A stretch of 64,000 bases of DNA from Alphaproteobacteria bacterium (GCA_963422645.2 CAXXVO010000004.1:448001-512000), one strand, 5' to 3'; positions 49,507 through 60,130 are shown, counted from the first letter of the stretch. Notes: generated by a model from the sequence alone, not told the origin. Made by a program: numbers and translations.

Positions 49507-50400
49507 TCACGTATCGCCGGGCACCGTGTCCTTGGGCAGGCTCTCGATGTGGGTGCAGATGTCGCGCGGGCGCGTCAGCCAGATGCGATCGCGCTGGGGC
49601 GCGATGTGCTCGAAGAAGCGGCGCAGATGATGCACGCGGTAGGGCCGCCCCATCACGAAGGGATGGAGCGAGATCGGGAACACCAGCGGCTGCCCCTCGC
49701 TCTGCGCCAGCATCTCGTCGAAGCCGTCGATCAGCATGTCCACGAACTCGCGCGCGGTGTGGCCATACCAGACGATACCGCGCGTGTCGTTGCACTCGAT
49801 CGGGTAGGGCATCGCCAGGATGCGGCCCGCGCGGGTCGTCATCCAGATCGGCTGGTCGTCGCAGGTCCAGTCCATGAAGTAGCGATAGCCCGCCTCCTGC
49901 AGCAGGTCGGGGGTGAGGGCGCTGTTGGAGAGCCAGGGGCTCATCCAGCCCGCCGGGCGGCTGCCTTCATGGCGCTCGATGGTCTCGGTGACCTCGGCGA
50001 TCAGCGCGGCCTCGGCCGCCTCGTCGAGGTGCTCCTGCATGTCCGAGTTGGTGATGCCGTGGCCCAGGATCTCGTGGCCGCGCCGCCTGAGAGCCTCGGG
50101 AATGTCGGGGCAGTGCTCGTAGACGCCGAGGTTCATCTGGGCTTCGATGGGCACGTCGAAGGCGTCGAAGAGCTCCAGCAAGCGCCAGATGCCGACCCGG
50201 TTGCCGTAGTCGCGCCACGAGAAGACGCTGTGGCTGTTCGCCTGGTCCGGCGGCGCAATGGCCGCGCCCTTGCCCTCGCCGAAGCTGAACTGCTCGATGT
50301 TGACCGCGACATAGACGGCGAGGCGCGTGCCGTTCGGCCAGTCATAGACCGGGCGCGCGGTGATATTGGAGTAGGGATAGCGACCGTGGGTGCGAATCAT
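49507..50400 (-). CDS. Polysaccharide deacetylase family (PuuE allantoinase-like)
   Basis: WPNGTRLAV, DYGNRVGIWR, HEILGHG, GWMSP, DDQP, LHPFVMGRP. Confidence 0.85.
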   Translation of the reverse strand: MIRTHGRYPYSNITARPVYDWPNGTRLAVYVAVNIEQFSFGEGKGAAIAPPDQANSHSVFSWRDYGNRVGIWRLLELFDAFDVPIEAQMNLGVYEHCPDIPEALRRRGHEILGHGITNSDMQEHLDEAAEAALIAEVTETIERHEGSRPAGWMSPWLSNSALTPDLLQEAGYRYFMDWTCDDQPIWMTTRAGRILAMPYPIECNDTRGIVWYGHTAREFVDMLIDGFDEMLAQSEGQPLVFPISLHPFVMGRPYRVHHLRRFFEHIAPQRDRIWLTRPRDICTHIESLPKDTVPGDT

Positions 50401-50444
50401 GACGACTTGGGTCCTGTGCGCCGCCGTGGATAATCCCGGTATAC

Positions 50445-50792
50445 CTAGTCCTGCGCCGCAGCCTTGCCGACCGGATTGAAATCGTGCTCGCCCACGCCCT
50501 GAACCAGGGTCACGCGGCAGGCTCGGCCGTCCTTGCCGGAGACGCGGTGCGCGGTCATGGGCAGCACGACGCAGTGGTCGCCGGGTTCAAGCTCATGGCG
50601 GGCGCGCGGCGCCCGGGTCTCGATCACCACCCTTCCTTCGACGCCGACGAATACATCGGTAATGACCGTGTGGTAATGCCAGGGAACCTCCTCGCCCGCG
50701 CCGAGGGTCATGACCTGGACGCGCATGCCATCGGCTTCGGCGACGATGTCGTGGTCGGTGATCGTGTAGGGCAGGTCTTCGAGCGCCGTCAT
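50445..50792 (-). CDS. Cupin domain protein
   Basis: VPWHYHT...TAHRV. Confidence 0.85.
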   Translation of the reverse strand: MTALEDLPYTITDHDIVAEADGMRVQVMTLGAGEEVPWHYHTVITDVFVGVEGRVVIETRAPRARHELEPGDHCVVLPMTAHRVSGKDGRACRVTLVQGVGEHDFNPVGKAAAQD

Positions 50793-50943
50793 GACGTGTT
50801 CCGATCGTCTGCAGTCCGGCTCGGATGGATCAACATAGCGGCTTCGGCGCCGCTTGTGGGTGAATTCGACAAGTGAGCTTAATGGCGTTCCTCAAAGCGA
50901 GGATCGCCGCAAGTGAACCGATGGAATACCGGGGAGGTGAACG

Positions 50944-51555
50944 ATGGCCATTCGTCAGATCGCAAGGATGGGGCACCCCGTCCTGCGCAGGAAGGCCGCT
51001 CCGGTCGAGGATCCCACGGACCCTGACATTGCCCGCCTCGCAGACGACATGCGCGACACGCTGGAATGGATCGGCGCCACGGGGATTGCGGCGCCGCAGG
51101 TCTACGACGGCCGGCGCGTCGTGGTTTATCGCATTCTGGCCGACCGCATTCCTCCCGGTGTCGCTCTCGAGCCCCTGCCGTGGACGGTGATGGTCAACCC
51201 CGTCGTCACGCCGCTGAGCGACGACGTGGGCCTGATCTGGGAACGCTGCCTCTCGTTGCCGGGCCTCCACGGCAAGGTGCCACGCTACAAGCAGGTCGAA
51301 ATCGTCTACCAGACGCTGGAAGGAGAGAGCCAACGGCGGGTCGTCGAGGATTGGCACGCGATGATCCTGCAGCACGAGTGCGATCACCTGGACGGCATCC
51401 TCTATCCCATGCGGATGACCGATCTTTCCTGCCTGGCGTTCAACGCCGAGCCCGGCGAGCTGGCGAGAGAAGCCGAGACGATGCCCGACCTAGACCCGGC
51501 GCTCCGCGCCATGGTGGACGCGTGGCCGGCGCGGGAGAAGTGGCTCGCGTCCTGA
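50944..51555 (+). CDS. def: Peptide deformylase (paralogue)
   Basis: GIAAPQV, ERCLSLPG, QHECDHLDG. Confidence 0.88.
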   Translation: MAIRQIARMGHPVLRRKAAPVEDPTDPDIARLADDMRDTLEWIGATGIAAPQVYDGRRVVVYRILADRIPPGVALEPLPWTVMVNPVVTPLSDDVGLIWERCLSLPGLHGKVPRYKQVEIVYQTLEGESQRRVVEDWHAMILQHECDHLDGILYPMRMTDLSCLAFNAEPGELAREAETMPDLDPALRAMVDAWPAREKWLAS

Positions 51556-51656
51556 TGCGACTCTCTCTCGCTGCCGGGGCGTGGCACTGATCCATGGACA
51601 ATCCGGTCCGGGTAGGGCGAAGCTCCGCCGGACCGCACGACAGCAAAGGCCGTCTC

Positions 51657-52517
51657 ATGCCCGGACCACGCATTCGCCCCCGCCGCTCGTTCATCTTCAC
51701 GCCGGGCCTGCGGCCCGAGATGTTTCCGAAGGCGCTCGCGTGCGGCACGGATATCGTCTGCGTCGAGCTCGAGGACGGGATCGCGCCCAAGGACAAGGCG
51801 GCCGCACGCGCCAATGCGATCAAGCTCTTCGAGAGCCCGCAGGCCGATGACGGGGTCGAGCGGATCGTCCGGATCAACTCGTTGCGCGAGGGCTTCGGCA
51901 TAGCCGACGTGCAGGCGGTGCTCGCCACCGACACGCCGCCGCCCGCGCTGATGATGCCCAAGGTGCGCACGCCGGACGAGGTGGTGTTGCTCGACAACCT
52001 GCTGAGCGAGCGCGGCCACGACACCCGCCTGCACGTCATCATCGAGACCAATGCCGCGCTCGAAGCGGCCTACGACATCGCCCACAGCAGCCCGCGCATC
52101 GACGCGATGTTCTTCGGCGGAGTCGACATGGCCGCCGAGCTGCGCTGCCAGAACGCTTGGGAGCCGCTGCTCTACGCCCGCTCGCGCGTGGTCAATGCCG
52201 CCGCCAGCGCAGGCCTGGACGTGATCGACGTGCCCTACCTCGATCTCGAGGATCCCGAGGGCATGACGCGCGCCGCCATGCAGGCGAGGGACCTGGGCTT
52301 TTGCGGCAAGGGCGCGGTTCACCCCAAGCAGATCGCCCCGCTCAACGAGGTGTTCACGCCCTCGCCGGAGCGGATTGCCCGTGCGCGGCGCATTATCGCC
52401 GAGTTCGAGGCGGCCGATACCGGACTGGTGGTGATCGACGGCAAGCTGATCGAGAAGCCGGTCCTGCGGGAAATGCACCGGATCGTGGCCATCGCCGATC
52501 GCATCGGCACCGCTTAG
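51657..52517 (+). CDS. CitE/HpcH-HpaI family CoA-ester lyase
   Basis: RRSFIFTPG, ELEDG, IIET, GKGAVHPKQ. Confidence 0.88.
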   Translation: MPGPRIRPRRSFIFTPGLRPEMFPKALACGTDIVCVELEDGIAPKDKAAARANAIKLFESPQADDGVERIVRINSLREGFGIADVQAVLATDTPPPALMMPKVRTPDEVVLLDNLLSERGHDTRLHVIIETNAALEAAYDIAHSSPRIDAMFFGGVDMAAELRCQNAWEPLLYARSRVVNAAASAGLDVIDVPYLDLEDPEGMTRAAMQARDLGFCGKGAVHPKQIAPLNEVFTPSPERIARARRIIAEFEAADTGLVVIDGKLIEKPVLREMHRIVAIADRIGTA

Positions 52518-52598
52518 GGGAGGCCACGAAGAGCGTTGTCGAGTCGATACTCGAACTCCAACGCGGCCCAGGGGGCGGCAACGGTCGGGGAGCATGGA

Positions 52599-54623
52599 TT
52601 GAGCAACAGAATAGCCATCGACATTCATGAGCGGAGGGCCTTCGCCGATGGTCACGCATTCGACGAAGCCTGCGCTTACGAGCGGCTGACCGGGCAGGCG
52701 CGCTTTGCCGTCGATCCCGATGCGCCTGCGCAGGCAGGCATCGTCGATATGGGCAAGGCGCCGCGCAATCGGGAGGGCCTGGTGGAGTTCGCGGCCGACC
52801 TCTGCATCCTGCAACCGGGCGATCCGGCCCGCGGCAACAGGCGGCTCTTCTTCGACTACGGCAACCGCGGCAACAAGCGGGCGGTGCAGTATTTTTGCGA
52901 CGCGCCGGCCTGCAACGACCCTGCGACGCTGGAGCACGCCGGCAACGGCTATCTCTTCCGCCGCGGCTACACGGTGGTCTGGGGCGCCTGGCAAGGAGAC
53001 CTTCTACCGGGCGACGGCCGCATGGTCTTGACCCTGCCCGTCGCCACCGACGGCGCCGCGCCCCTTACCGGCTCGGTGCGAACCGAGTTCATCGTCGCCC
53101 AGGAAGGCCAGACCACCCTGCCGCTCAGCGGCTGGGTCTCCACCCGCAGCCACCCGGCGGTCTCGCGCGACCCGTCGAAGGCAGGGCTGACGCGGCGCCG
53201 CTATCCCGATGACGAGCGCATCGAGATCGCGCCGGAGGCCTGGCAGTTCGCGCGGGTCGAGACCGGCGTGGGCCTCGACTTTCAGGGCGCCGAGCACGCG
53301 ATCGTCGAGTGCGACACCCACATCTACATGCCGGGCGGCTTCGAGCCCGGCTGGATCTATGAGCTCGTTTACGAGGGCCGCGATCCGCTGGTTCTGGGCC
53401 TCGGCCACGTGGCGGTGCGCGACCTCGTGAGCTTCCTGAAGTACGAGGAGGCCGACAGCGAAGGGGGCGCCAATCCGGTGGCGGGCGCCGGGCCGATGGA
53501 GAGGGCCTATGCCTTCGGCCGCTCGCAGACGGGACGCTGCATCCGCGATGCAATCTGGCGCGGCTTCAACGCCGATTTGGCCGGACGAAAGGTGTTCGAC
53601 GGCGTGCTGGCGCACGTCGCCGGCTGCGGGCGCATGTGGATGAACCACCGCTTCGCCAACGTTGTCGTGCCGGCGGGGCAGCAGTACGAGGACCATGACA
53701 ACGCCGCCGACAGCTTCCCCTTCTCCTACGCGGCGTGCCGGGATCACCTGACCGGCAAGTCGGACGCGATTTGCAAGCACCCCGAGACCGACCCGCTGAT
53801 ATTCCACACGCAAACCGCCACGGAATACTGGCAGCGGCGCGGCTCGCTCGTGCATACCGATACCGAGGGCAACGATCTGGAGCAGCCCGAGAACGTGCGG
53901 ATCTACTTCTGGTCGAGCGCGCCGCATGTCGCCGATCCCAACCAGGGCGCGCCCACGCGCGGCCTCTGCCAGAACTTGAGCAACGTGGTCCAGACCTCGA
54001 TGCTCTTCCGCGCGCTGCTCGATGCGATGGACCGCTGGGCGAGTGACGGCATCGCACCGCCGGCGAGCCGGATCCCCAGGCGGGGCGACGGCAGCCTTGT
54101 CGGCATGGACGAATGGCGCGCGCAGTTCCCCGCCATCCCCGGGATCGCCACCCCGCACGGGCCCAACGCGCTGCCGCTCCTCGACTTCGGGCCAAAGGCG
54201 GAGGACGGCATTCAGAGCAGGCTGCCGCCCCATGTCGTCGATCCCGAGGGCTACACCGTGCTGGTGCCGGCGGTCGATGCCGACGGCAACGACGCCGCCG
54301 GGGTGCGGGTGCCGATGGTCCAGGCGCTGCTCGCCACCTACACCGGCTGGAACCTGCGGGGCAGGGGCCACGGCGAGGGCGCCATGCACGAGTTTACCGG
54401 CAGCACGATTCCCTTGCCCGAGACAGACTCGATACGCGCCGCCACCGGCGACCCGCGGCCATCGATCGAAGAGCGCTACGGCGATTCGGAAGGCTATGTC
54501 GCCGCGATGGTCGAGGCGGCGAAGCACTTGGTCGCCGAAGGCCTGATGCTGGAGGAGGACGTTGCCCGTATCGAAGAGCGCGCCAGCAACTGGAGCCGGC
54601 CGCTGCACGACGTGCGACTGTAG
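52599..54623 (+). CDS. Alpha/beta hydrolase domain protein (tannase-like large family)
   Basis: GxSxxG nucleophile (FGRSQTG), NRGNK, EYWQR, VDADGN, TYTGWN; start (TTG) uncertain. Confidence 0.8.
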   Translation: MSNRIAIDIHERRAFADGHAFDEACAYERLTGQARFAVDPDAPAQAGIVDMGKAPRNREGLVEFAADLCILQPGDPARGNRRLFFDYGNRGNKRAVQYFCDAPACNDPATLEHAGNGYLFRRGYTVVWGAWQGDLLPGDGRMVLTLPVATDGAAPLTGSVRTEFIVAQEGQTTLPLSGWVSTRSHPAVSRDPSKAGLTRRRYPDDERIEIAPEAWQFARVETGVGLDFQGAEHAIVECDTHIYMPGGFEPGWIYELVYEGRDPLVLGLGHVAVRDLVSFLKYEEADSEGGANPVAGAGPMERAYAFGRSQTGRCIRDAIWRGFNADLAGRKVFDGVLAHVAGCGRMWMNHRFANVVVPAGQQYEDHDNAADSFPFSYAACRDHLTGKSDAICKHPETDPLIFHTQTATEYWQRRGSLVHTDTEGNDLEQPENVRIYFWSSAPHVADPNQGAPTRGLCQNLSNVVQTSMLFRALLDAMDRWASDGIAPPASRIPRRGDGSLVGMDEWRAQFPAIPGIATPHGPNALPLLDFGPKAEDGIQSRLPPHVVDPEGYTVLVPAVDADGNDAAGVRVPMVQALLATYTGWNLRGRGHGEGAMHEFTGSTIPLPETDSIRAATGDPRPSIEERYGDSEGYVAAMVEAAKHLVAEGLMLEEDVARIEERASNWSRPLHDVRL

Positions 54624-54649
54624 GCAGCATCGTTCACCATGGGCGCGTC

Positions 54650-55114
54650 ATGGCGATCTGCGAACTGAGCGAGTTGAAGGGCCTGCTGGCGGCGGATGCG
54701 CGCCTGATGGGACTCGATCTCGGCACCAAGACCATCGGCGTCGCGGTCTCCGACCTGAGCCGCACGATCGCGACGGCACGGACGACGCTCAGGCGAACCA
54801 AGCTCTCGCGCGACATCGAGACCCTGCGTGCGCTGATCGCTGCCGAGGGAATTGGCGGCATTGTCGTGGGTCTTCCGGTCAACATGGACGGCAGCGAAGG
54901 CCCGAGCGCGCAGTCCGCCCGCGATACGGCGGCGAATCTGGCCAAGGCGCTGGCGCTGCCGGTGGCCCTCTGGGACGAGCGCTGGTCCACGGTCGCCGCC
55001 GAGCGCGCGATGCTGGACGCCGACCTCTCGCGCCGGAAGCGAGCGCGCAAGGTCGATCAGGTGGCGGCGGCCTACATCCTGCAGGGCGCGCTCGACCGGC
55101 TCCGAGCGCGGTAG
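54650..55114 (+). CDS. ruvX: Pre-16S rRNA nuclease YqgF/RuvX
   Basis: GLDLGTKTIGVAVSD, VGLP, WDERWST, DQVAAAYILQG. Confidence 0.95.
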   Translation: MAICELSELKGLLAADARLMGLDLGTKTIGVAVSDLSRTIATARTTLRRTKLSRDIETLRALIAAEGIGGIVVGLPVNMDGSEGPSAQSARDTAANLAKALALPVALWDERWSTVAAERAMLDADLSRRKRARKVDQVAAAYILQGALDRLRAR

Positions 55115-55367
55115 CAGCAAGCCCGGAATTCCTCCCCGCACGATGGTCCGGCGCACATCGCGCAGCGGGTGCGTCAGTATCGCGTCATGCACCGCAGCCG
55201 CCCCCACTTCGGACTTGCACTTGTCCCGCTTGCCGCACTCATCCCGCTTAATCCCGGAGAATGCCGCACTAAATTTGTCGTGTCCGTCCCACGCGGTGCG
55301 TGCCTGCGCACGTGGCCGAGCGGCGCGAAGGGAGGGACTCAAGAGTGACCATGGCGAGAAATGCGGG

Positions 55368-56309
55368 CTAGCGGAACTCGCGGATTGCGCCGCGCTGCAC
55401 CGCCAGGCTTGCCGCGAGGACGATGGCGAGGCCGGGCACGGTCATCAGCGGCGGCGCGGGCTTGCCCAGGGCAAGGTCGAGAAGGAGAACGATGGCAGGC
55501 AGCGTGTAGCCATAGGCCTGCACCCGGGTCGGGCCGAGGCGGAGCGTCGTGTACTGGGTCAGGAAGAATGTGACGACGGTCGACAGGACCGCGAGGTAGA
55601 CGATGCCGCCCAGCACCACGACCTCGACTCCCGACCAGTCGGTGCGCCAGAGCTTGACGTTGCTCGCCGCCAGCAGCCAGAGCCCCGCCGCCACCAGGGT
55701 CCAGAAGGTCTGTACCAGGATCGGCTCGCCCCGATGCAGGCGCTTGATGAGCGAGCCGTAGACGGCGTAGCCGAAACAGCCGGCGAGGAAGATCCCGTCG
55801 CCGATGTTGACCTCGAGATTGACGAGGCGGGCGGGATCGCCCCGGAAGATCACCCAGATTGCGCCGATCATGCCGAGGAAAAGCGCGGCCAGGCGATGCA
55901 GGCCGAGCCGCTCGCCCACCAGCACCGCGCCGAAGAGCGCAGAGAGCCCCGGCACGATGGTGAAGATTGCGCTGGTGTTGAGGCCGCTGGTGTAGCGCAG
56001 CGCCTCGAACATGCACCAGAAGAAGAAGGCGAGCGGCGCGCCGAGGGCGAGATAGCGCAAGCACGATCGCGGCGTCGGCAGGGCCAGCCCTTCGCGCCAC
56101 GCCACGACCGGCGCCATCAGCAGCGCCGCGAGCACGAAGCGGATGCACATCATCACCGCCGGGTCGAGGCCATGGGTGATGTGCTCGCCGAGAGGAAACG
56201 ACGTGGAGATGATGACGATGATCAGGAAGGCGAGGGCGTGCGCATGCAGCTGGCCCGTGCGCGTGGGCTCGTCGGGCTGCGGCGTCGCCTGAGGCGTGTC
56301 CTGTCCCAT
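55368..56309 (-). CDS. DMT/EamA family transporter
   Basis: About ten hydrophobic segments in two EamA repeats. Confidence 0.85.
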   Translation of the reverse strand: MGQDTPQATPQPDEPTRTGQLHAHALAFLIIVIISTSFPLGEHITHGLDPAVMMCIRFVLAALLMAPVVAWREGLALPTPRSCLRYLALGAPLAFFFWCMFEALRYTSGLNTSAIFTIVPGLSALFGAVLVGERLGLHRLAALFLGMIGAIWVIFRGDPARLVNLEVNIGDGIFLAGCFGYAVYGSLIKRLHRGEPILVQTFWTLVAAGLWLLAASNVKLWRTDWSGVEVVVLGGIVYLAVLSTVVTFFLTQYTTLRLGPTRVQAYGYTLPAIVLLLDLALGKPAPPLMTVPGLAIVLAASLAVQRGAIREFR

Positions 56310-56397
56310 GCCTCACACTACCGCCTGCACGACGGTGGGAAACAGCCCCCGCTCCGGCAGAGCGGGCCGTCAGGCGCTCGCGCGCTCTCGGAGCGCG

Positions 56398-58479
56398 TCA
56401 TGCATTTGTGCGCTCTCGGAGTGCGACGATTGCGCCGAGGACGACGAGGCCGTAGATGATGTTGCGCACGGCCTCGGGCAGGACCGTGCCGGAGAGCATG
56501 ATGCCGAGGCCGGTGAAGAGGATTGCGCCGCCCAGGATGCCGAGATAGTGACCGCGGCCGCCGGTGATGAGGGTGCCGCCGAGCACCACCACGGCGATGG
56601 ACGAGAGCAGGTAGGGGTCGCCCATGCCGTAGAACGCCTGGGCGCTGAAGCCTGCGAGGAAGACGCCCACCAACGCCGAGCAGAAGCCGCTCAGCACGTA
56701 GGCGCCGACGATGGGGAAGCCGATCCGCACGCCCGAGAGGCGGCTGACGCGCTGGCTGTTGCCGACCGCGAAGATGCGCCGTCCCGGCGCGCTCCTGTTC
56801 AGGTAAAGCGTCGCGACGACGACGAAGGCGATCAGGAACCAGCCGATCGGCGCGATGCCGCCGATGCGCCCGGTCACGAACCAGGCCAGCGAGGGCGGCG
56901 CCTTGCCGATGGGTGCGCCCGAGCTGAAGAGCAGCGACACGCCCTCCAGGATCCCGTTCATGGCCAGCGTCACGATGATCGGCGAGAGCCCGAAGAGGAC
57001 GATGGTCATACCGTTAAGGAAGCCGATGGCGATCCCGATCCCGAGCGCCGCCGGGATCACCCACGCTGCCGGCGCATCGACGCCGTTGCAGAGCGTGGTG
57101 ACCACGATCGCCGGGAAGGTCATGGTCCATGGCACCGAGAGGTCGAGCCCGCCGGTGATGATGACCGTGCCCTGGCCGAGGCCGAGGATCGCAAGGAAGG
57201 CGGTCAGGATCAGCATGGCGTTGAGGTAGGCCAGCGGCGAGAAGTCGCCGCCGAAGATGCCGATCGTGATTCCCAGGATGACGAGGTAGATGAGGTAGGC
57301 CGGCACGGCGAAGCGCAGCACCGCCCGGTGCCGGTCAAGCCAGGGGACGGTTGCCGCGCCGGCGCCACCCGCCGGCGGGTCCAACCCACTCAGGCGGATC
57401 GGCTCGCCCACGACCCGCAGCCTGGAGGGGAGCGATGACTCCTTGAGCGCGCGCAGCGTCGCTCGCCAGAAGCGCGTGATCTCCACCACCGGCGAATCGC
57501 GGCCGAGGGAGAAGCCGAGCACGGCAATGAGCAGGATCACGCCCTCGACGATCGGCGTGTAATAGGTGCGCACGCCGAGCACGAGGAAGATGTTGACCAC
57601 GACGGTGAGCGTCAACGCGCCGAAGATCGTGCCGACGGCGCCGCCCCGGCCGCCGCCGATGAGCGTGCCGCCGATTACCACGGCGGCGAAGATCTGCAGC
57701 AGCATCTTGGCGCCGATCAGCGGGTCGCCGCCGCCCATGTTGGCGGTGATGAAGAGCCCGGCGGCGCCGTAGCACATGCCGGCGAAGGTGAAGGTGAGGA
57801 AGCGGGTGCGGCGGACGTCGACCCCGTTGGCCTCGGCCGATCCCGCATCGCTGCCGATGGCGTAGATGCCGGTGCCGATCCGCGTGTTCTTGAGCATGAG
57901 CCAGAACAGGATGGCGACCGCAAGGACGACGACCGGGGCCGGCAGCCCCTCGGTGATGACGTCGCCGGTGAAGACCAGGCTGAAGTCCCACGGCATCTCG
58001 CCGCCGGGGAACTTGAGCACGAGCAGGGCCGCGCCCTGGGCGATGAACATGGTGGCGAGCGTCACCACGATCGACTGCAGGCGGACGTAGGCGACGAGGA
58101 AGCCGTTGACCGCGCCGATGGCGGCACCCAGGCCAAGCGCGATGACGAGGGCAACCAGGGTGAAGAGGCCGGTTCCCATATCGGCGGCGCCGCTGAGCTG
58201 GGTGACCAGAACCACGTTAACCAGCGAGATGACGGCGCCGGCCGAGAGGTCGAGCCCGCCGGCGAGGATGACGATGGTCTCGCCCAGGGCGGCGAGCGCG
58301 AGGGTCGCGGCGCTCGCGCTGATGCTACTGATGTCGAAATAGGCGATGCCCTGGCCGGTGATGAGCTGCAGCGCGATCATCGTGGCGGCGAACACGGCGA
58401 TGGCGATGATCGTGCCGCGCTGGCGCGACCAGCTGAAGGGCGGCAGGTAGGGTGCGCGTAGCGCGCCGAGCGGCGTCAT
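56398..58479 (-). CDS. Fused double sugar-type (RbsC-like) ABC permease
   Basis: GGLDLS, IVVTLA/IIVTLA, YAIGS/FAVGN and AAVVIGGT/AVVVLGGT each occur twice. Confidence 0.88.
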   Translation of the reverse strand: MTPLGALRAPYLPPFSWSRQRGTIIAIAVFAATMIALQLITGQGIAYFDISSISASAATLALAALGETIVILAGGLDLSAGAVISLVNVVLVTQLSGAADMGTGLFTLVALVIALGLGAAIGAVNGFLVAYVRLQSIVVTLATMFIAQGAALLVLKFPGGEMPWDFSLVFTGDVITEGLPAPVVVLAVAILFWLMLKNTRIGTGIYAIGSDAGSAEANGVDVRRTRFLTFTFAGMCYGAAGLFITANMGGGDPLIGAKMLLQIFAAVVIGGTLIGGGRGGAVGTIFGALTLTVVVNIFLVLGVRTYYTPIVEGVILLIAVLGFSLGRDSPVVEITRFWRATLRALKESSLPSRLRVVGEPIRLSGLDPPAGGAGAATVPWLDRHRAVLRFAVPAYLIYLVILGITIGIFGGDFSPLAYLNAMLILTAFLAILGLGQGTVIITGGLDLSVPWTMTFPAIVVTTLCNGVDAPAAWVIPAALGIGIAIGFLNGMTIVLFGLSPIIVTLAMNGILEGVSLLFSSGAPIGKAPPSLAWFVTGRIGGIAPIGWFLIAFVVVATLYLNRSAPGRRIFAVGNSQRVSRLSGVRIGFPIVGAYVLSGFCSALVGVFLAGFSAQAFYGMGDPYLLSSIAVVVLGGTLITGGRGHYLGILGGAILFTGLGIMLSGTVLPEAVRNIIYGLVVLGAIVALRERTNA

Positions 58480-59999
58480 CGGGAGCCCTCGCCGAGCGCC
58501 GCGCGCATGATGCTGGCCTCGGTGATCTCGGCCCCGCTGAGCGAGGCCGCCTTGCGGCCGCGGTAGATCACCATCACGGAGTCACAGAGGTTCACGAGCT
58601 CCGGCACGTCGGTGGAGTAGTAGAGCACCGCCCCGCCGGCGTCCGCGTATGCCCGCACGAGGGCGTAGATCTCGGCCTTGGTGCCGACATCGACCCCGCG
58701 CGTCGGGTCGTACATGAGCAGCACGCGGCTCTCGGCGAGCAGCCACTTGGCGATGGCGATCTTCTGCTGGTTGCCGCCGCTGAAGACGTTGCAGGCGCTA
58801 TAGAGCGCCCGCCGGTCGACCTGCACCATGTCGAGCGCCCGGCCCACCGCCTGCGCTTCCTGCTCCAGGTCCACGAGGCCGAAGCGCACGCAGCGCTCGA
58901 TGATCGGAAGCGAGATGTTCTCCCGCCCCGTCAGCGCGAGGAAGAGCGCCTCGGTCTTGCGGTCCTCCGGCACGAAGCTGATGCCGATGCGGCTGTTCAC
59001 GGCGTCCTTCGGTGTCCGCAGGGTCACCCGCTGGCCGCCGATCCGGATGTCGCCCGCACTGAGCCCGACCATGCCGAAGAGCGCGAGGAAGAGGTCGCGC
59101 TGGCCCATGCCTTCCAGCCCGCCGACGCCCAGTATCTCGCCGGGCCAGAGGTCGAAGGAGAAGTCCTGCACGCCGCCTTCGATGGCCAGTCCATCGCCGG
59201 CCAGAATCGGCGCCTCGCCGCGCTTTGCCAGCTGCGCCGGCTTGGGCGGGAAGGTCGCCGCGAGCGAGCGCCCGATCACCAGCTCGATCATGCGGTCGTC
59301 GGAGATTTCGTCGGACCTGAAGCTCCCCACCATGCGGCCGTTGCGCAGGATCGTCAGGCTGTCGCAGAAGTCGCGCACCTCCGGCATCCGGTGCGAGATG
59401 AAGACGATGGTGGTCCCCTCCGCGCGCAGCCGCTCAAAGAGCGCGCCGAGCCACTGCACGTCGTTGCCGGAGAGGGACGAGGTGGGCTCGTCCAGCAGCA
59501 GCAACTGCGGCTTGCGAGAGACGGCGCGCGCAATCTCGATCTTCTGCTGCGTCGGCAGCGCCAGGGTCCGCACCTCGGCGTGGAGATCGATATCGTCGAG
59601 GCCGAGGTCGGCGAGGGCGCGCCGCACGTGCCGCTCCGACTCGCGCCGCCTGATTTGCCCGCTGGGGCCGGTCGGCTCGTAGGGTAGCAGCATGTTCTGC
59701 ACGACCGTGAGGTCGCCGACCAGCGAGATCTCCTGATAGGCGGTCTGGATGCCGAGCCGGTGAGAATCCTTCGGCGTATGGATGTGTGCGGGGCTGTCGA
59801 AGAGGGCGATCTCGCCGGCATCCGGCCGGCTGAGACCGCTCAGGATCTTGACCAGCGTCGACTTGCCCGCGCCGTTCTCGCCGAGGAGCGCATGGACCTC
59901 GCCGCGCGGAATGGCGAGCGAGACGTCGTCGAGCGCGACGGTCGCGCCGAACGCCTTGCTCAGGCCGCGGGTCTCGACCGCCGGCGCCTGCTCATTCAT
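58476..59999 (-). CDS. Sugar ABC transporter ATP-binding protein (RbsA-like)
   Basis: GENGAGKST, PEDRK, SGGNQQK, PTRGVDVG. Confidence 0.93.
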   Translation of the reverse strand: MNEQAPAVETRGLSKAFGATVALDDVSLAIPRGEVHALLGENGAGKSTLVKILSGLSRPDAGEIALFDSPAHIHTPKDSHRLGIQTAYQEISLVGDLTVVQNMLLPYEPTGPSGQIRRRESERHVRRALADLGLDDIDLHAEVRTLALPTQQKIEIARAVSRKPQLLLLDEPTSSLSGNDVQWLGALFERLRAEGTTIVFISHRMPEVRDFCDSLTILRNGRMVGSFRSDEISDDRMIELVIGRSLAATFPPKPAQLAKRGEAPILAGDGLAIEGGVQDFSFDLWPGEILGVGGLEGMGQRDLFLALFGMVGLSAGDIRIGGQRVTLRTPKDAVNSRIGISFVPEDRKTEALFLALTGRENISLPIIERCVRFGLVDLEQEAQAVGRALDMVQVDRRALYSACNVFSGGNQQKIAIAKWLLAESRVLLMYDPTRGVDVGTKAEIYALVRAYADAGGAVLYYSTDVPELVNLCDSVMVIYRGRKAASLSGAEITEASIMRAALGEGSR

Positions 60000-60130
60000 G
60001 GCCGGCTTCTGCGCGCCGCCGCCGGCCGGTCATGCCGGGAGAAGGGGGCGCAGCGGCCAGCGCCGCGCCCCTTACGCCTCCGATCCTGCCGGGACCGGCC
60101 CGACTCAGAGCCGTTGCTCGCCCGTGGGGA

